From Armatimonadota bacterium (GTDB lineage: Bacteria > Armatimonadota > SYMT01): a stretch of 64,000 nt of DNA. The notes under the pieces were generated by a model. It worked only from the letters and a program-made list of their open reading frames with translations. It had not been told where the DNA came from and ran no database searches. Positions within the stretch are counted from its first letter, which is position 1. Each line of letters opens with the position of its first letter. A program made the translations under genes and the position numbers. The stretch covers positions 1-64,000 of the forward strand of contig JBKBRF010000033.1 in assembly GCA_046292385.1 (NCBI GenBank), given 5' to 3'. Shown piece by piece: positions 9,911 to 19,499 of this stretch.

Positions 9911-10000
9911 GTTGGCAGGTTCCAGGTTAGCAGGTTGCAGGTTCCGAACCCCGCTGGTCGGTCAGCCAACTTGAAACCTGTCAACTTGCCAACCTGCAAC
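9911..10000. repeat. Family C hairpin element (CAGGTTG/CAACCTG arms), copy 1
   Basis: gttggcaggttccaggttagcaggttgcaggtt...aacttgaaacctgtcaacttgccaacctgcaac. Confidence 0.75.
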
Positions 10001-10048
10001 AAAGCTTCCCCATCCGGAGCGTGAGAAGGCGGCGATTCAGGAGAAACT

Positions 10049-11188
10049 GTGGAGACGGTAGTTCAGTTTGGCGCGGGAAACATCGGCCGCGGGTTCGTGG
10101 GGCAGCTTTTTACGGAGGCGGGGTACGAGGTCGTCTTCGTCGACGTCTCGCCGGAGTTGGTCGAGGGGTTGAATGACCGGCGCTCCTACCCGCTGCGGCT
10201 GGTGGGACCGGATCGGTTCGAGACGCTGGAGGTGCGACCGGTCCGCGCGGTGAACGGGCGCGACCTGGAAGCCGTCGCCGCGGAGCTGGAGCGCTGCGCC
10301 TTCGCGTGTACCGCGGTCGGGGTGCCGGCCCTCCCCCACCTGGTTCCGGCGCTCGCCGCGGGCGCGCGGCGCCGCGAGCGGACGCTCGACGTGATCCTCT
10401 GCGAGAACCAGCTCCACTGCTCCGATCTCCTGCGCGGGCTCCTGGCGCAGCACCTCGATCCGGGGCAGCTCTCCCGGGTGGGGCTGGTGGAGAGCGTGGT
10501 CAGCCGGATGGTGCCGGTGCTCTCCGAGGAGGACCGGCAGAGCGATCCGCTGTTGGCGGTGGCGGAAGACTACCCCACCCTACCGGTGGCGAGCGCCGGC
10601 TTCCTGGGGACGTTGCCGGATATCCCGTCGCTGGAGCCGGTGGCGCAGTTCGGCGCCTACGTGGAGCGGAAGCTTTACGTCCACAACATGGGCCACGCCG
10701 CGGCGGCCTACCTCGGCTTCGAACGGGGCTGCGAGTACATCCACGAGGCGATGGAGCGGCCGGAGGTCGCCGCGGTGGTCGAAGGCGCCATGACGGAGGC
10801 GGGCGAGGCGCTCGTGCGGAAGCACCGCTTCGACCGCGACGTGATCCGGCGGCACCGGGAGAACCTGATCCGCCGCTTCCGGAACGCCGCGCTCCGGGAT
10901 ACCGTCCTGCGAGTCGGGCGCGATCCGATCCGCAAGCTCCGTCCGGACGACCGCCTCGTCGGGGCAGCGCTGACCTGTCTCGATTGGGACGTCGAGCCGG
11001 CGTCGATCGTCCGGGCCCTCGCCGCCGCCTTCCGCTTCGCGCCGGAGGGCGATCCCGCCGCGGCGGAGGTGCAGAGAGTGGTGCGCGAGGCGGGCCCCGG
11101 CGAGGCGCTGCTCCGCTTTACGGGCCAGCGCCCGGACGGCGAGCTGGGCCGGCGGGTGATGGAGGCGTGGGAGACTTTCCGCGGCTAA
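10049..11188 (+). CDS. mtlD: Mannitol-1-phosphate 5-dehydrogenase family
   Basis: VQFGAGNIGRGFVG, ILCEN, ERKLYVHNMGHA, RVGRDPIRKL...DRLVG. Confidence 0.9.
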   Translation: METVVQFGAGNIGRGFVGQLFTEAGYEVVFVDVSPELVEGLNDRRSYPLRLVGPDRFETLEVRPVRAVNGRDLEAVAAELERCAFACTAVGVPALPHLVPALAAGARRRERTLDVILCENQLHCSDLLRGLLAQHLDPGQLSRVGLVESVVSRMVPVLSEEDRQSDPLLAVAEDYPTLPVASAGFLGTLPDIPSLEPVAQFGAYVERKLYVHNMGHAAAAYLGFERGCEYIHEAMERPEVAAVVEGAMTEAGEALVRKHRFDRDVIRRHRENLIRRFRNAALRDTVLRVGRDPIRKLRPDDRLVGAALTCLDWDVEPASIVRALAAAFRFAPEGDPAAAEVQRVVREAGPGEALLRFTGQRPDGELGRRVMEAWETFRG

Positions 11189-11272
11189 CAGGTTGGCAGG
11201 TTGCAAGTTTCAGGTTTCGAGCCCCACCCCACCAGGTGCTAACCTGGAACCTGCCAACCTGCAACTTGGAAC
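11189..11272. repeat. Family C hairpin element, copy 2
   Basis: caggttggcaggttgcaagtttcaggtt...aacctggaacctgccaacctgcaacttg. Confidence 0.75.
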
Positions 11273-11321
11273 AGAGACTGGCCGCCCTCGCGCCAAAGTG
11301 CGGGCCCACCGAGGAAGTAAG

Positions 11322-12635
11322 ATGCTGAAACGCCGCGATCTCTTGAAGCTGGGCGTGATGGCCGGCGCCTCCGCCGTTGCCGGCGGCTGCGTCCGCCCGC
11401 TGGACGAGCCGGACCTCCAGATCCGGATCTTCCAGGGCGGGTACGGCATCGACTTCTACGAGCAGGCCGCCCGGGAGCTCGAGGAGCTCGAGGACGTCAG
11501 GCTCGACCTGAAGGGCGATCCGCGCATCTGGGAGCAGCTCCGGCCGCGGTTCGTCGGGGGCGACCCGCCCGGTCTCACCATGCCGGGCTGGGGAATGGAC
11601 CACTACGCCCTGATCTACGAGGGGCAGGTGATGCCGCTCGACGACGCCCTGGCGAGTCCACCGTACGGCGAGACCTCCGGCGACTGGAAGGACGACTTCC
11701 TCCCGGCCGTGCTGGAGATGGGGCAGTTCCGCGGCAAGACCTACCTGCTCCCCTACTTCCTCACGCTGAACGGCTGGTGGTACAACGCCGGGCTCTTCGA
11801 GGAGAATGGCTGGACGCCGCCGCGGACCTACGACGAGCTGCTGTCGCTCGGGGAGAAGATCCAGGCGAAGGGCATCGCTCCGATCACCTACCAGGGCAAG
11901 TACCCGTACTACGCCATCCAGGGCTTCCTGCTGCCGTGGGTCATCGGCATCGGCGGGATCGAGGCGTTCCAGAAGGCGGAGGCGCTGGAGCCGGGCGGGT
12001 GGTCGAGCGACGCCTTCGTGGAAGCGGCGCGGCGGGTGGTCGAGCTGCGGGAGCGCGGCATGTTCCAGAAGGGCGCGGACGGCATGAGCCACACCGAGGC
12101 CCAGATGGAGTTCCTGAACGGCCGCGCCGCCATGATCCCGTGCGGCACCTGGCTGGAGACAGAGATGAAGGAGCAGACCCCCGCCGGCTTCCGGATGCGC
12201 TTCTTCACGCCCCCGCACGTGGAGGGCGGCAAGGGCGACCCGACCGCGTTGCAGGTGGGCACCGAGCCGTGGCTCATCCCCACGCAGGCCCGCAACCAGG
12301 CGCTGGCGATCCGCTACCTGAAGTACATCACCACGCCGAAGAAGGCGCGGGAGTTCGTCCTCGCCAAGGGGACGCTCAGCGCCATCCGGGAAGCGAACGT
12401 CGACCCGCTCCCGGACACCCTCGCCAGCGCCGCGGAGGCGCTCCGCTCCGCCGGAGTCACGTGGACGCCCAACTACACCCGCTGGTACAAGGAGCTGGAA
12501 GAGATCTGCCGCAGCGAGTTCGCCTCGCTCCTGATGGGCTCCAGCACGCCGGAGCAGTTCGCCGCCAAGATGGAAGCGGCCGCCCAGCGCCTCAACCGCG
12601 ATCCCAACGTCCCGAAGCCTCTGCAGATGTCTTGA
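11322..12635 (+). CDS. Carbohydrate ABC transporter solute-binding lipoprotein (NgcE-like), Tat signal
   Basis: MLKRRDLLKLG...AGGC twin-arginine lipoprotein signal; FQGGYG; WYNAGLFEENGW..PRTYDELL; QGKYPYY. Confidence 0.85.
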   Translation: MLKRRDLLKLGVMAGASAVAGGCVRPLDEPDLQIRIFQGGYGIDFYEQAARELEELEDVRLDLKGDPRIWEQLRPRFVGGDPPGLTMPGWGMDHYALIYEGQVMPLDDALASPPYGETSGDWKDDFLPAVLEMGQFRGKTYLLPYFLTLNGWWYNAGLFEENGWTPPRTYDELLSLGEKIQAKGIAPITYQGKYPYYAIQGFLLPWVIGIGGIEAFQKAEALEPGGWSSDAFVEAARRVVELRERGMFQKGADGMSHTEAQMEFLNGRAAMIPCGTWLETEMKEQTPAGFRMRFFTPPHVEGGKGDPTALQVGTEPWLIPTQARNQALAIRYLKYITTPKKAREFVLAKGTLSAIREANVDPLPDTLASAAEALRSAGVTWTPNYTRWYKELEEICRSEFASLLMGSSTPEQFAAKMEAAAQRLNRDPNVPKPLQMS

Positions 12636-12764
12636 GGGGCTGGTGTAAGAAGAGGGGATGGGGGATGGGCTGGAGATAAGGGGATGGAATTGTCCCTGTC
12701 TCGCCTGACGGGGAGCTTCTGCGGCCCCGGAGTGCGGCAAAGTCCCGATCGTGGCGAGCGAGTG

Positions 12765-13103
12765 CTACCGGCGGGCGGTTGCCCGGCGGTAGACGTAGAA
12801 GTACTTGCGGCGGCCCTGGCCACGCAGAGCTGGGCTTAGATTGAGGCACGCCCGGCTGCGGGTGGCTTCCATCACGAAGGGCTCCTCTACCTCACGGCTG
12901 CGGATAGCGGCATAGGCCCGGAGCACCGGGTCGAAGTGAGTGTCGCCGTGGACTTCCCACGCCTGTCCCAACGCCTCGAACCGCGCTACCGTGGCAGGGT
13001 TTCCCCCCGAGTCTCGCCCGTCCAGCCGCTTCCACTCCGGGTGAGCCTCCCGCGCGGAAAGCACCTCGGCTTCGACCCAATCGACGAAGCTCTTGTAGAT
13101 CAT
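12765..13103 (-). CDS. Hypothetical protein (~112 aa)
   Basis: ATG at 13103 overlaps the stop of the upstream gene; protein-like composition. Confidence 0.6.
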   Translation of the reverse strand: MIYKSFVDWVEAEVLSAREAHPEWKRLDGRDSGGNPATVARFEALGQAWEVHGDTHFDPVLRAYAAIRSREVEEPFVMEATRSRACLNLSPALRGQGRRKYFYVYRRATARR

Positions 13104-13372
13104 GCTGTCCCCTCTGTCCGCCGGAACCGCACCCATCGCTCGGCACCGGTCTGGCGCACTTCCTCCACCCGGAACCCGGCTCCCATCCACGCGCTCGCAT
13201 GCGGCCGATTGCGGGTGTCCACCTGATTAGCCCACCAGGCTCGATGCGCGTGTGCCGAGTGGGGTAATTCGCCGCCGATCAGCGCCTCCAGTTGACGATA
13301 GCTCAGTATCACCTCCCTTTGACCCGACGGTGTGGCGAGCAAGAATTGCCGGAGAGGATCGTATCTGGACAC
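13100..13372 (-). CDS. Small protein resembling DUF7662
   Basis: GTG start after GAAGGAG; SRYDPLRQFL...LSYRQLEALIGGELPHSAHAHRAWWAN...AWMGAGFRV. Confidence 0.7.
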   Translation of the reverse strand: MSRYDPLRQFLLATPSGQREVILSYRQLEALIGGELPHSAHAHRAWWANQVDTRNRPHASAWMGAGFRVEEVRQTGAERWVRFRRTEGTA

Positions 13373-13865
13373 GGGTTTAGGGTCTCCTTCGCGCAGGGGC
13401 GGGCCGCCAGAGAGACGGCCGGCCAAGCACCCTCGTGATTGGGTTCTGCGACACACGGCCCCGAGTCCTCGTACGTCTGTACCTCTGGATCGAGGCGTTA
13501 TGCAGTCCCCATCTCGATCGTCCCGGTGACCCGCGGAGAAGGAGCCTCCGGGCGATCCTGCTGCCTGTGAGCGTGCCGCACACCGTCGCTCGGACAGCGA
13601 CGGTGCGCCTGGCGGCTGGAGGAGTCGGCCCTGCGCCCGGGAGATCGCAAAAGATCGCTCAGTATCAGTAGCCTCCCTCACCTGCGGAGCGGGACAAGTT
13701 AATGCGAAATATATCATTAAAATTAATGCTGACCGGTTTTCTGGTTCTGACGAGATCTAAAATAGTTATGAGCGTCCGGGGCATCGCTGCCGGGGCGCGA
13801 GGAATCCCGAGGCCGGCTGCGGGGCGCTTCCCGCCGGGCCGCTAGCGGTTGAGAGTAGGGTTGTA

Positions 13866-15002
13866 GTGAAGCCAGAGAGACGTCATCGCTGGGTTGCCGT
13901 GGCCTGTGCAGTAGTGGGTGTGGCCCTGGTGGTCGGGGGAGAGCTGCTCTGGCGGCAGAAGTCGGTTCCGGACTTCGATCCCCGGGCGCTGATCGACGCC
14001 CGCGAGGTGAGTGAGTTCCGTGCCCTGGATCAACCCCGCATGGTCTCCGGCGCCGAGGCGGACTTCCTCCACGACGACGACTACGTCCTCGGCCTCACCC
14101 TGAACGGCGAAAGCCGCGCGTACCCCTCGCGGTTCGCCTCGCTCCACCACGCGATCAACGACCAGGTCCAGGGCCAGGCGGTGGCGATCACCTACTGCAG
14201 CATGTGCGGTACCGGAGTCGGTCTGAACCCGACCGCGGGGGGACGCACGCTCACCTTCGACCTGTACGGCCTCTACTACGCAGTGGCTGCCGTCTACGAT
14301 CGCGAGACGAAGAGCGTCTGGACCCCCACTACCGGGCGGGCCATCCTGGGTCCGCTCGCCGGCACGCGCCTCGAGCGGTTCCCGCTGTTCGATACCACCT
14401 GGAAGGAATGGAAGCAGCTCCACCCGGACACCCTGGTCATGGCGCCGGACGAGCGCTTTGCGGAGCACTATCCCCCCGCGGACCAGCCGGAGCCGCGCGG
14501 CTATCCGCACTTCCCCCAGCGATCGATGGAGGCGAGCGTGACCCGCGGTGACCGGCGCCTCTCTCCATTCGAGAAGGTGCTGGGCGTCAAGGTGCCGGTC
14601 CCGGCCGGCGCTGCTTCCGGTGCGGACGCCGTCGCGCGCCGGGCTTACCCCATTGGAACGCTGGAGAGAGAGGGCAGCGTCGTCAATGACCAGCTGGCGG
14701 AATGGCCGATCGCGGTCTTCCTGGAACCGAAGAGCGTATCGGCGACCGCGGTCTCGCGCGTGCTGAACGGTCGGACGCTCACCTTCAAGGGGAAGCGGCT
14801 GCCGGACGGCCGCGTGGAGATCTACGACCGGGAAACCGGCACCCGCTGGAGCCTGCAGGGCCGCGGAGAGGCCGGCCCGCTGGCCGGACAGGAGCTGGCG
14901 TCGGTGGAGAGCCACCTTAGCGCGTGGTACGGCTGGTCGGCGTTCTTCCCGGACACCTCCATCTACCGGCGGGACGATCCGCCTCAACCGTTCGGCGGGT
15001 AA
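13866..15002 (+). CDS. DUF3179-domain membrane-anchored protein
   Basis: N-terminal TM; ESRAYP, ITYCSMCGTG, YDRETKSVW / YDRETGTRW duplication, WYGWSAFFPDT. Confidence 0.85.
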   Translation: MKPERRHRWVAVACAVVGVALVVGGELLWRQKSVPDFDPRALIDAREVSEFRALDQPRMVSGAEADFLHDDDYVLGLTLNGESRAYPSRFASLHHAINDQVQGQAVAITYCSMCGTGVGLNPTAGGRTLTFDLYGLYYAVAAVYDRETKSVWTPTTGRAILGPLAGTRLERFPLFDTTWKEWKQLHPDTLVMAPDERFAEHYPPADQPEPRGYPHFPQRSMEASVTRGDRRLSPFEKVLGVKVPVPAGAASGADAVARRAYPIGTLEREGSVVNDQLAEWPIAVFLEPKSVSATAVSRVLNGRTLTFKGKRLPDGRVEIYDRETGTRWSLQGRGEAGPLAGQELASVESHLSAWYGWSAFFPDTSIYRRDDPPQPFGG

Positions 15003-15122
15003 GCGCCGCCGGCCCGGGCACCCGCATCCAGGTATCGACCGGTCGGGCGGGTCCTGGTCAGAAGGATCGCGCCGGGACCCGGAGGCCCCGGCGCGCAGGT
15101 CGCCAATCGGCAGATCAGGACC

Positions 15123-16415
15123 TCACTCGTCTTCGCCGGACCCCTCTGTCGCCGAGCGCAGGTAGTGGTGGAGGATGTAATTGCCCACCTTTCGCCCCTG
15201 GAGCGCGCCGGCTTCCTGGTCGAATCGGAAGTGGATGCCGCCATAGACGCGGGCGTCGGAGATGTCGTCGGTGATTTCCTTCCAGGACGTGTAGTTGAGC
15301 ACGAGCCCCGGCAGCGAGGGATGGGTCAGGGTTAGGTTCTGCCCGTGCTCGCCGAAGATGCGCTCGAGGATCACGCGCGGGGCCCCGGAGACCGCTCCAT
15401 GGCCGGAGCCGTAGCTCGGATGCGTCGGCGTAGAGAGCAGCGGCGTCCAGGTCGGGTCCGGCTCCGTGAGAGTGTTGCCGTCTTCATCTCCCCTCCGGAT
15501 CGCGGCCTGCGGCCGCCACATGCGGTAGAAGTACTTCGTCTCCCACACCGCAACCGTGGCATCCACCATCGCCATATTGATGAGTGCGAAAATCCGCGCG
15601 TTTTCAGAGAGCGTCTTCCCCTGGGCGGCGCTCTCCTGCCGCGCGACCGTGTTCCAGATCTGCACCGGTGAGGCGGCGTTGTAGTACCGGGCCACATTCT
15701 CCCGGTCCAATGACCGGAACGGGTTGGGGCCTGCCCGCCCGAGGAGCTTCACCTCGTTGTAGTCCGCCGCGTACCGCCCGCTGTTCATGGCAGGGGGCGG
15801 CGGACAGCGGAACTGCGAGCTGGAACTCAAGCCGAAGGGGACGACCGATCCCCAGTTCGGAAGGAAGGCCGCTGCGGGGGCGGGATTGAAGTCGCCGGGA
15901 AGTCCGGTGCTTGCGTAGGGGAGCGGGAGGTTCCATCCGTCGTTCGCACGAAGGGCGAGCATCACTTCCGCCGCCCGGCGGCCCGTCTTGATGCCGGCCT
16001 CGTGGTCATCCCCTGGGAGCGCCAGCAGCGCCTGGTTGAACTCGTTCGTGAGCTGCGTCAGGAGGTCGGGGGCCGCCAACCACAGGCTCTGACGCAGCTC
16101 CACCAGCGTGTAGTAGGAGGCCGCGATGGCGGCCGCCTCCGGCTCAGCCCCCGGCTCGGGGTCGAAGCCGCCGACGTAAGGCTCGTAGTCGCCCGTGATC
16201 GAATTGACCGCCTCGAAGACCGCCAACTGCGTGATGGCGGCCCAGCGGGCCTGGAAGAGCGGGTTGCTCGGGGCGCTCGGCGGAGCGTTGACCGACACCA
16301 CCCGCTGCATGATCTCGTTCCACCCCGTAACCGTGTCGGCGCGTGCGGGACGGGCGCCCATCAGCACCAGCATCGCGACGGCCAGGTAGGCCAGTGGCTG
16401 AAGAAGCCGTTTCAT
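15123..16415 (-). CDS. Secreted vanadium-dependent haloperoxidase-like (PAP2 superfamily) protein
   Basis: Signal peptide; KYFYRMWRP, PTHPSYGSGHG, ARVYGGIHFRFD vanadate/phosphate-binding motifs; GAGGAGG RBS. Confidence 0.88.
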   Translation of the reverse strand: MKRLLQPLAYLAVAMLVLMGARPARADTVTGWNEIMQRVVSVNAPPSAPSNPLFQARWAAITQLAVFEAVNSITGDYEPYVGGFDPEPGAEPEAAAIAASYYTLVELRQSLWLAAPDLLTQLTNEFNQALLALPGDDHEAGIKTGRRAAEVMLALRANDGWNLPLPYASTGLPGDFNPAPAAAFLPNWGSVVPFGLSSSSQFRCPPPPAMNSGRYAADYNEVKLLGRAGPNPFRSLDRENVARYYNAASPVQIWNTVARQESAAQGKTLSENARIFALINMAMVDATVAVWETKYFYRMWRPQAAIRRGDEDGNTLTEPDPTWTPLLSTPTHPSYGSGHGAVSGAPRVILERIFGEHGQNLTLTHPSLPGLVLNYTSWKEITDDISDARVYGGIHFRFDQEAGALQGRKVGNYILHHYLRSATEGSGEDE

Positions 16416-16489
16416 CCGTCTGCCTCCTCATCGGCGCACTCTCCGGGACGGAGAGGCCGGTCGCCCGGGAAAGCGGGAGACCTGCCCTC

Positions 16490-16560
16490 AATGTAACCGT
16501 CCACCCTCTCGGGACTCTCCCAGGTGAGGGGTGGAAGGAACACTCTCGGAAGCCTCTCAG
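16490..16560 (-). promoter_or_regulatory. SARP-box-type promoter 1: -10 TACATT plus four direct repeats
   Basis: + strand: aatgta 16490-95; ctctcgg 16506, ctcccag 16517, ctctcgg 16543, ctctcag 16554. Confidence 0.75.
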
Positions 16561-16624
16561 CGCTGCCTGGCTCCCCGGCGCTCCGTCCGATCCAACAGAT
16601 CCGTCCGATCTGCCGAAGGCAAGG

Positions 16625-16654
16625 AAAAGCCGAACCCGTCTGGGGGTCCGGCTT
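16625..16654 (-). terminator. Intrinsic terminator after the Kelch gene
   Basis: Minus strand AAGCCGGACCCCCAGACGGGTTCGGCTTTT, a hairpin with a T-tail. Confidence 0.7.
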
Positions 16655-16681
16655 CATCCTTCGGAGCGGCTCGAGCCCAAC

Positions 16682-18310
16682 TCACCTGGTGATGGTGATG
16701 TACGTGTAGGCCGTCGCCGGGCTGACACCCGCCTTGGTGATGGTGACGGTAATCCGGGAGGATGAGCGCCGCGGCTGGAACTTGTGCTTTCCCGTGACGG
16801 TGAACCCGCCTCCGGCCTTCACCTGGATGGTTCCACTGGAGGAACCGCCGTCTCCCCATTGAATGGTCGCCTTGTAGGCAGTCGCTGCGGACGGGTTCAG
16901 GTCCGTAAAGTTCGCGACCGGCCCAGAATACTGGCTGCTGCCGGTGACGATGTTGAGGCCCGTGGCGCTCAACTGCGGCGTCACCCTCGCGTAGCCGCTC
17001 GAGACGCCCCAGGAACCGTCGGCCGCAGCCACGGTGATCCGCATTACAAGGGTGCCCGGGGTGGTGTAGGTGTGCGACCCTGCCACGCTGAACCCGCCGC
17101 TGCCGTTGGCAGTGATGAGACCGACGGACGTCTGCCCGTCCCCCCACTGGATGGAGGCGTTGAAGTCCGCGGCTCTGGTCGAGCGTGGGTCCGTGAAGCT
17201 AGCGACAACTCCCGTAAACGCGACCCTTTCGATCGCCTGGATCGACGCGGCCGTGACGTTGGGTCCCGTGGTCTGGTAGACCTCTACCTGGCGCTGTGTC
17301 AACAGATACCCGTCCCAGCTCTGGTCCCATCCGCCCAGAACATAAATGCTCCCGTCCTGGCCCATGGTTACGGCCGGCAGGTCGTGTACGGCGTTCGGCC
17401 GCGCCACGGCGGCCCAGCTATCCCGAGCGGGATCGTAAGCCTCGACCGAGTTGTAATACACCCAGCCGTATTCGTCGAAGTCGCTTCCGATCGCGTAGAT
17501 CCGGCCATCCCCGGCGGGACTCAGGTGGACACCCTCGGTGTGCCCGGCCGACAGAGGGGCGAGCGACTCCCAGGCGTTCGCGAGCGCATCGAATCGGTAG
17601 ACGGCGGTGCTTACGGCGCCATCCGGGTTATAGCCGCCGGCGAAATAGATTCGCCCCCCGGCGTCGCTCGTCACACCTGCCCCCTGGAGGAGCCTGATCG
17701 GAGGGTCGATTCGCGGAGACCAGGCGTTCGTGGCGATGTTGTAGGCGATCAGGTACGGAGGCAAGGGAACGCCGTCGTGTCGACCGACTATGGCGTAGAT
17801 CCGGCCGTCGTTCCCCACCGCCGCCGAGTTGACGTGTTCCGTAGACGGATCGATGGGCAGCGACGCGATGGGCGACCACTGGTTGGCACGGGTGTCGAAG
17901 GCTTCCGCACGGGTGGCATAGGGCTCCGCCAGGTCATAACCCTGGAAACCGCCGATCGCGTAGATGCGCCCGTCCCGGCCGGTGACACATCCGAAGTAGG
18001 CGCGACGATTGGCCATAGGGGCCACGGAAACCCAGGTGCCGGTCCGGCGATCGTAGGCAAACACCGCCGCCGAATAGTTCCAGCCATCGTGGCCGCCGAG
18101 GACGTAGACGCGGCCGTCTGGACCGGTGGCCGCGCCGGCCCACCCGAGACCGACAGGCATGGGTTCGACATACTTCCACGTGCCCACGTCGGCCCGCGCG
18201 GGGCCGGCGGCGCAGCAGAGCAGCACCGCTGCCGTCGCAAGACATTTGAAGGAACCCCGGAGCATCGACATCCCTTTCGCCAGGCCCATTCGCTTGATGG
18301 CCAGTTTCAT
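16682..18310 (-). CDS. Secreted Kelch-repeat protein with two C-terminal PKD/Ig-like domains
   Basis: Six Kelch repeats (DGRVYVLGG, DGRIYAIGG...); two ASIQWGDG/ATIQWGDG domains; signal peptide ending PARA; exact start uncertain. Confidence 0.85.
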   Translation of the reverse strand: MKLAIKRMGLAKGMSMLRGSFKCLATAAVLLCCAAGPARADVGTWKYVEPMPVGLGWAGAATGPDGRVYVLGGHDGWNYSAAVFAYDRRTGTWVSVAPMANRRAYFGCVTGRDGRIYAIGGFQGYDLAEPYATRAEAFDTRANQWSPIASLPIDPSTEHVNSAAVGNDGRIYAIVGRHDGVPLPPYLIAYNIATNAWSPRIDPPIRLLQGAGVTSDAGGRIYFAGGYNPDGAVSTAVYRFDALANAWESLAPLSAGHTEGVHLSPAGDGRIYAIGSDFDEYGWVYYNSVEAYDPARDSWAAVARPNAVHDLPAVTMGQDGSIYVLGGWDQSWDGYLLTQRQVEVYQTTGPNVTAASIQAIERVAFTGVVASFTDPRSTRAADFNASIQWGDGQTSVGLITANGSGGFSVAGSHTYTTPGTLVMRITVAAADGSWGVSSGYARVTPQLSATGLNIVTGSSQYSGPVANFTDLNPSAATAYKATIQWGDGGSSSGTIQVKAGGGFTVTGKHKFQPRRSSSRITVTITKAGVSPATAYTYITITR

Positions 18311-18383
18311 CCCACTCTCTCCCGAAATGGTGGCACTCTCCCGATGGAGGTGCGGGCCGCCCTGGAGCGGGAGTCCCAGCCTG

Positions 18384-18454
18384 AATGTAACCGGCCGCTC
18401 TCTCGGGACTCTCCCAGGGGAGGGGTAAAACGAACTTTCTCGAAAGGCTCTCAC
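18384..18454 (-). promoter_or_regulatory. SARP-box-type promoter 2: -10 TACATT plus four direct repeats
   Basis: + strand: aatgta 18384-89; ctctcgg 18400, ctcccag 18411, ttctcga 18437, ctctcac 18448. Confidence 0.75.
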
Positions 18455-18473
18455 CAGGCAGGAGCCCGAAAGT

Positions 18474-18502
18474 AAAGCCGAACCCCTCCTGGGAGTCCGG
18501 CT
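18474..18502 (-). terminator. Intrinsic terminator after the prepilin-like gene, similar to 16625-16654
   Basis: Minus strand AGCCGGACTCCCAGGAGGGGTTCGGCTTT. Confidence 0.65.
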
Positions 18503-18553
18503 CATCCTGCTTCTTTCGGAAACGGCCAACTGGCCGCGTCAGGGATTAAGCGG

Positions 18554-19468
18554 TCACGTGCTGATCGCGCTGGGGTGGACCGTCATGTTCGGCTCCTGTT
18601 CCGGCCGGAAGAGCAGCATGCGTCCGCAGGGGTCGACCCACGCCTGCGCGATGGTGCCGTCCGCGTGGTAGCGGAACGGCTCCGTCGCCGGGTCGGTGTT
18701 CATCGTGGTCCCCCCCACCTTCTTCCACCTGGCGTGGCCGTCCGCGTAGAGCCAGTGCTGGCCACCGTGGTGCGCCTCGGGGCGACCGTTCATGAACATC
18801 TGGACATAGAAGGTGCCCCGCGCACCGGTGCTGGTCCTCCCGGTGGCGGGATCACAGTCTCCCAGCCGGAAGGGCCAGGCACTCTCCGGCGCGAAGAGCG
18901 GGTGGACCCCGGGGTTGATCTGTCCGGCTCCCCGCCATCGGGAGCGGCCGGTCTCCCAGAGCAGCGGCACGAGCGCCGGGTAGCGGACCTCGGATTGGTT
19001 CAGCGCGCCCAGCAGCCCGTTGAACGAATAGCTGATCTCCGTCGGCTGGACGCCGGGGGTGAGGTTCGCCATCGCTGGATCTCCGGGGATCAGGTCGGCG
19101 GTCTCACCCGAGGGGCAGGCCCAGATCTTGTAGCTCCGGGTGTACGCGTAGACGGCATTGGGGCCCTGAGAGCTGTACCACGCCAGGTGTTCGGGTGAGC
19201 TCCGGTCGACCACCAGGTTGGGCGGCGAGTAGTAAGCCAGCCGGCCGGCCCGGTCGGGAGCCTGGGCGCCGAGGGGAAAGAGCTCGTCGTGATCCTGTAC
19301 GTAGAGCATGAAGGCATTGCCGAGCTGCCTCAGGTTTGAAAGGCAGGTCGCCGCTCGACCCTTCTCCCGCGCTGCCGCGAGTACCGGAAAGAGCAGCGCC
19401 GCCAGGATGGCGATGATCGCGATCGCCACCATCAGCTCGATCAGCGTAAAGGCACGTTTGCGGGACAT
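18554..19468 (-). CDS. Prepilin-type N-terminal cleavage/methylation protein (DUF1559, H-X9-DG C-terminal motif)
   Basis: RAFTLIELMVAIAIIAILAALLFPV..AREKGR..TCLSNLRQLG; HHGGQHWLYADGH. Confidence 0.92.
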   Translation of the reverse strand: MSRKRAFTLIELMVAIAIIAILAALLFPVLAAAREKGRAATCLSNLRQLGNAFMLYVQDHDELFPLGAQAPDRAGRLAYYSPPNLVVDRSSPEHLAWYSSQGPNAVYAYTRSYKIWACPSGETADLIPGDPAMANLTPGVQPTEISYSFNGLLGALNQSEVRYPALVPLLWETGRSRWRGAGQINPGVHPLFAPESAWPFRLGDCDPATGRTSTGARGTFYVQMFMNGRPEAHHGGQHWLYADGHARWKKVGGTTMNTDPATEPFRYHADGTIAQAWVDPCGRMLLFRPEQEPNMTVHPSAIST

Positions 19469-19499
19469 CGGAATCTCCTGTGTGCGCGCGGAGATAAAG

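Noticed and set aside
13849..13855. Single TTGAGAG before the DUF3179 gene as a fourth SARP box
   Set aside because: No partner repeats at 11/37/48 bp and no matching -10 box
12636..13860. Duplicated tRNA-Lys 3' end (att site) at the island's far end
   Set aside because: Searched by eye and found no match
16600..16660. Possible riboswitch in the duplicated intergenic module
   Set aside because: The shared hairpin has a T-tail and lies just after the upstream stop codon, so a terminator explains it better
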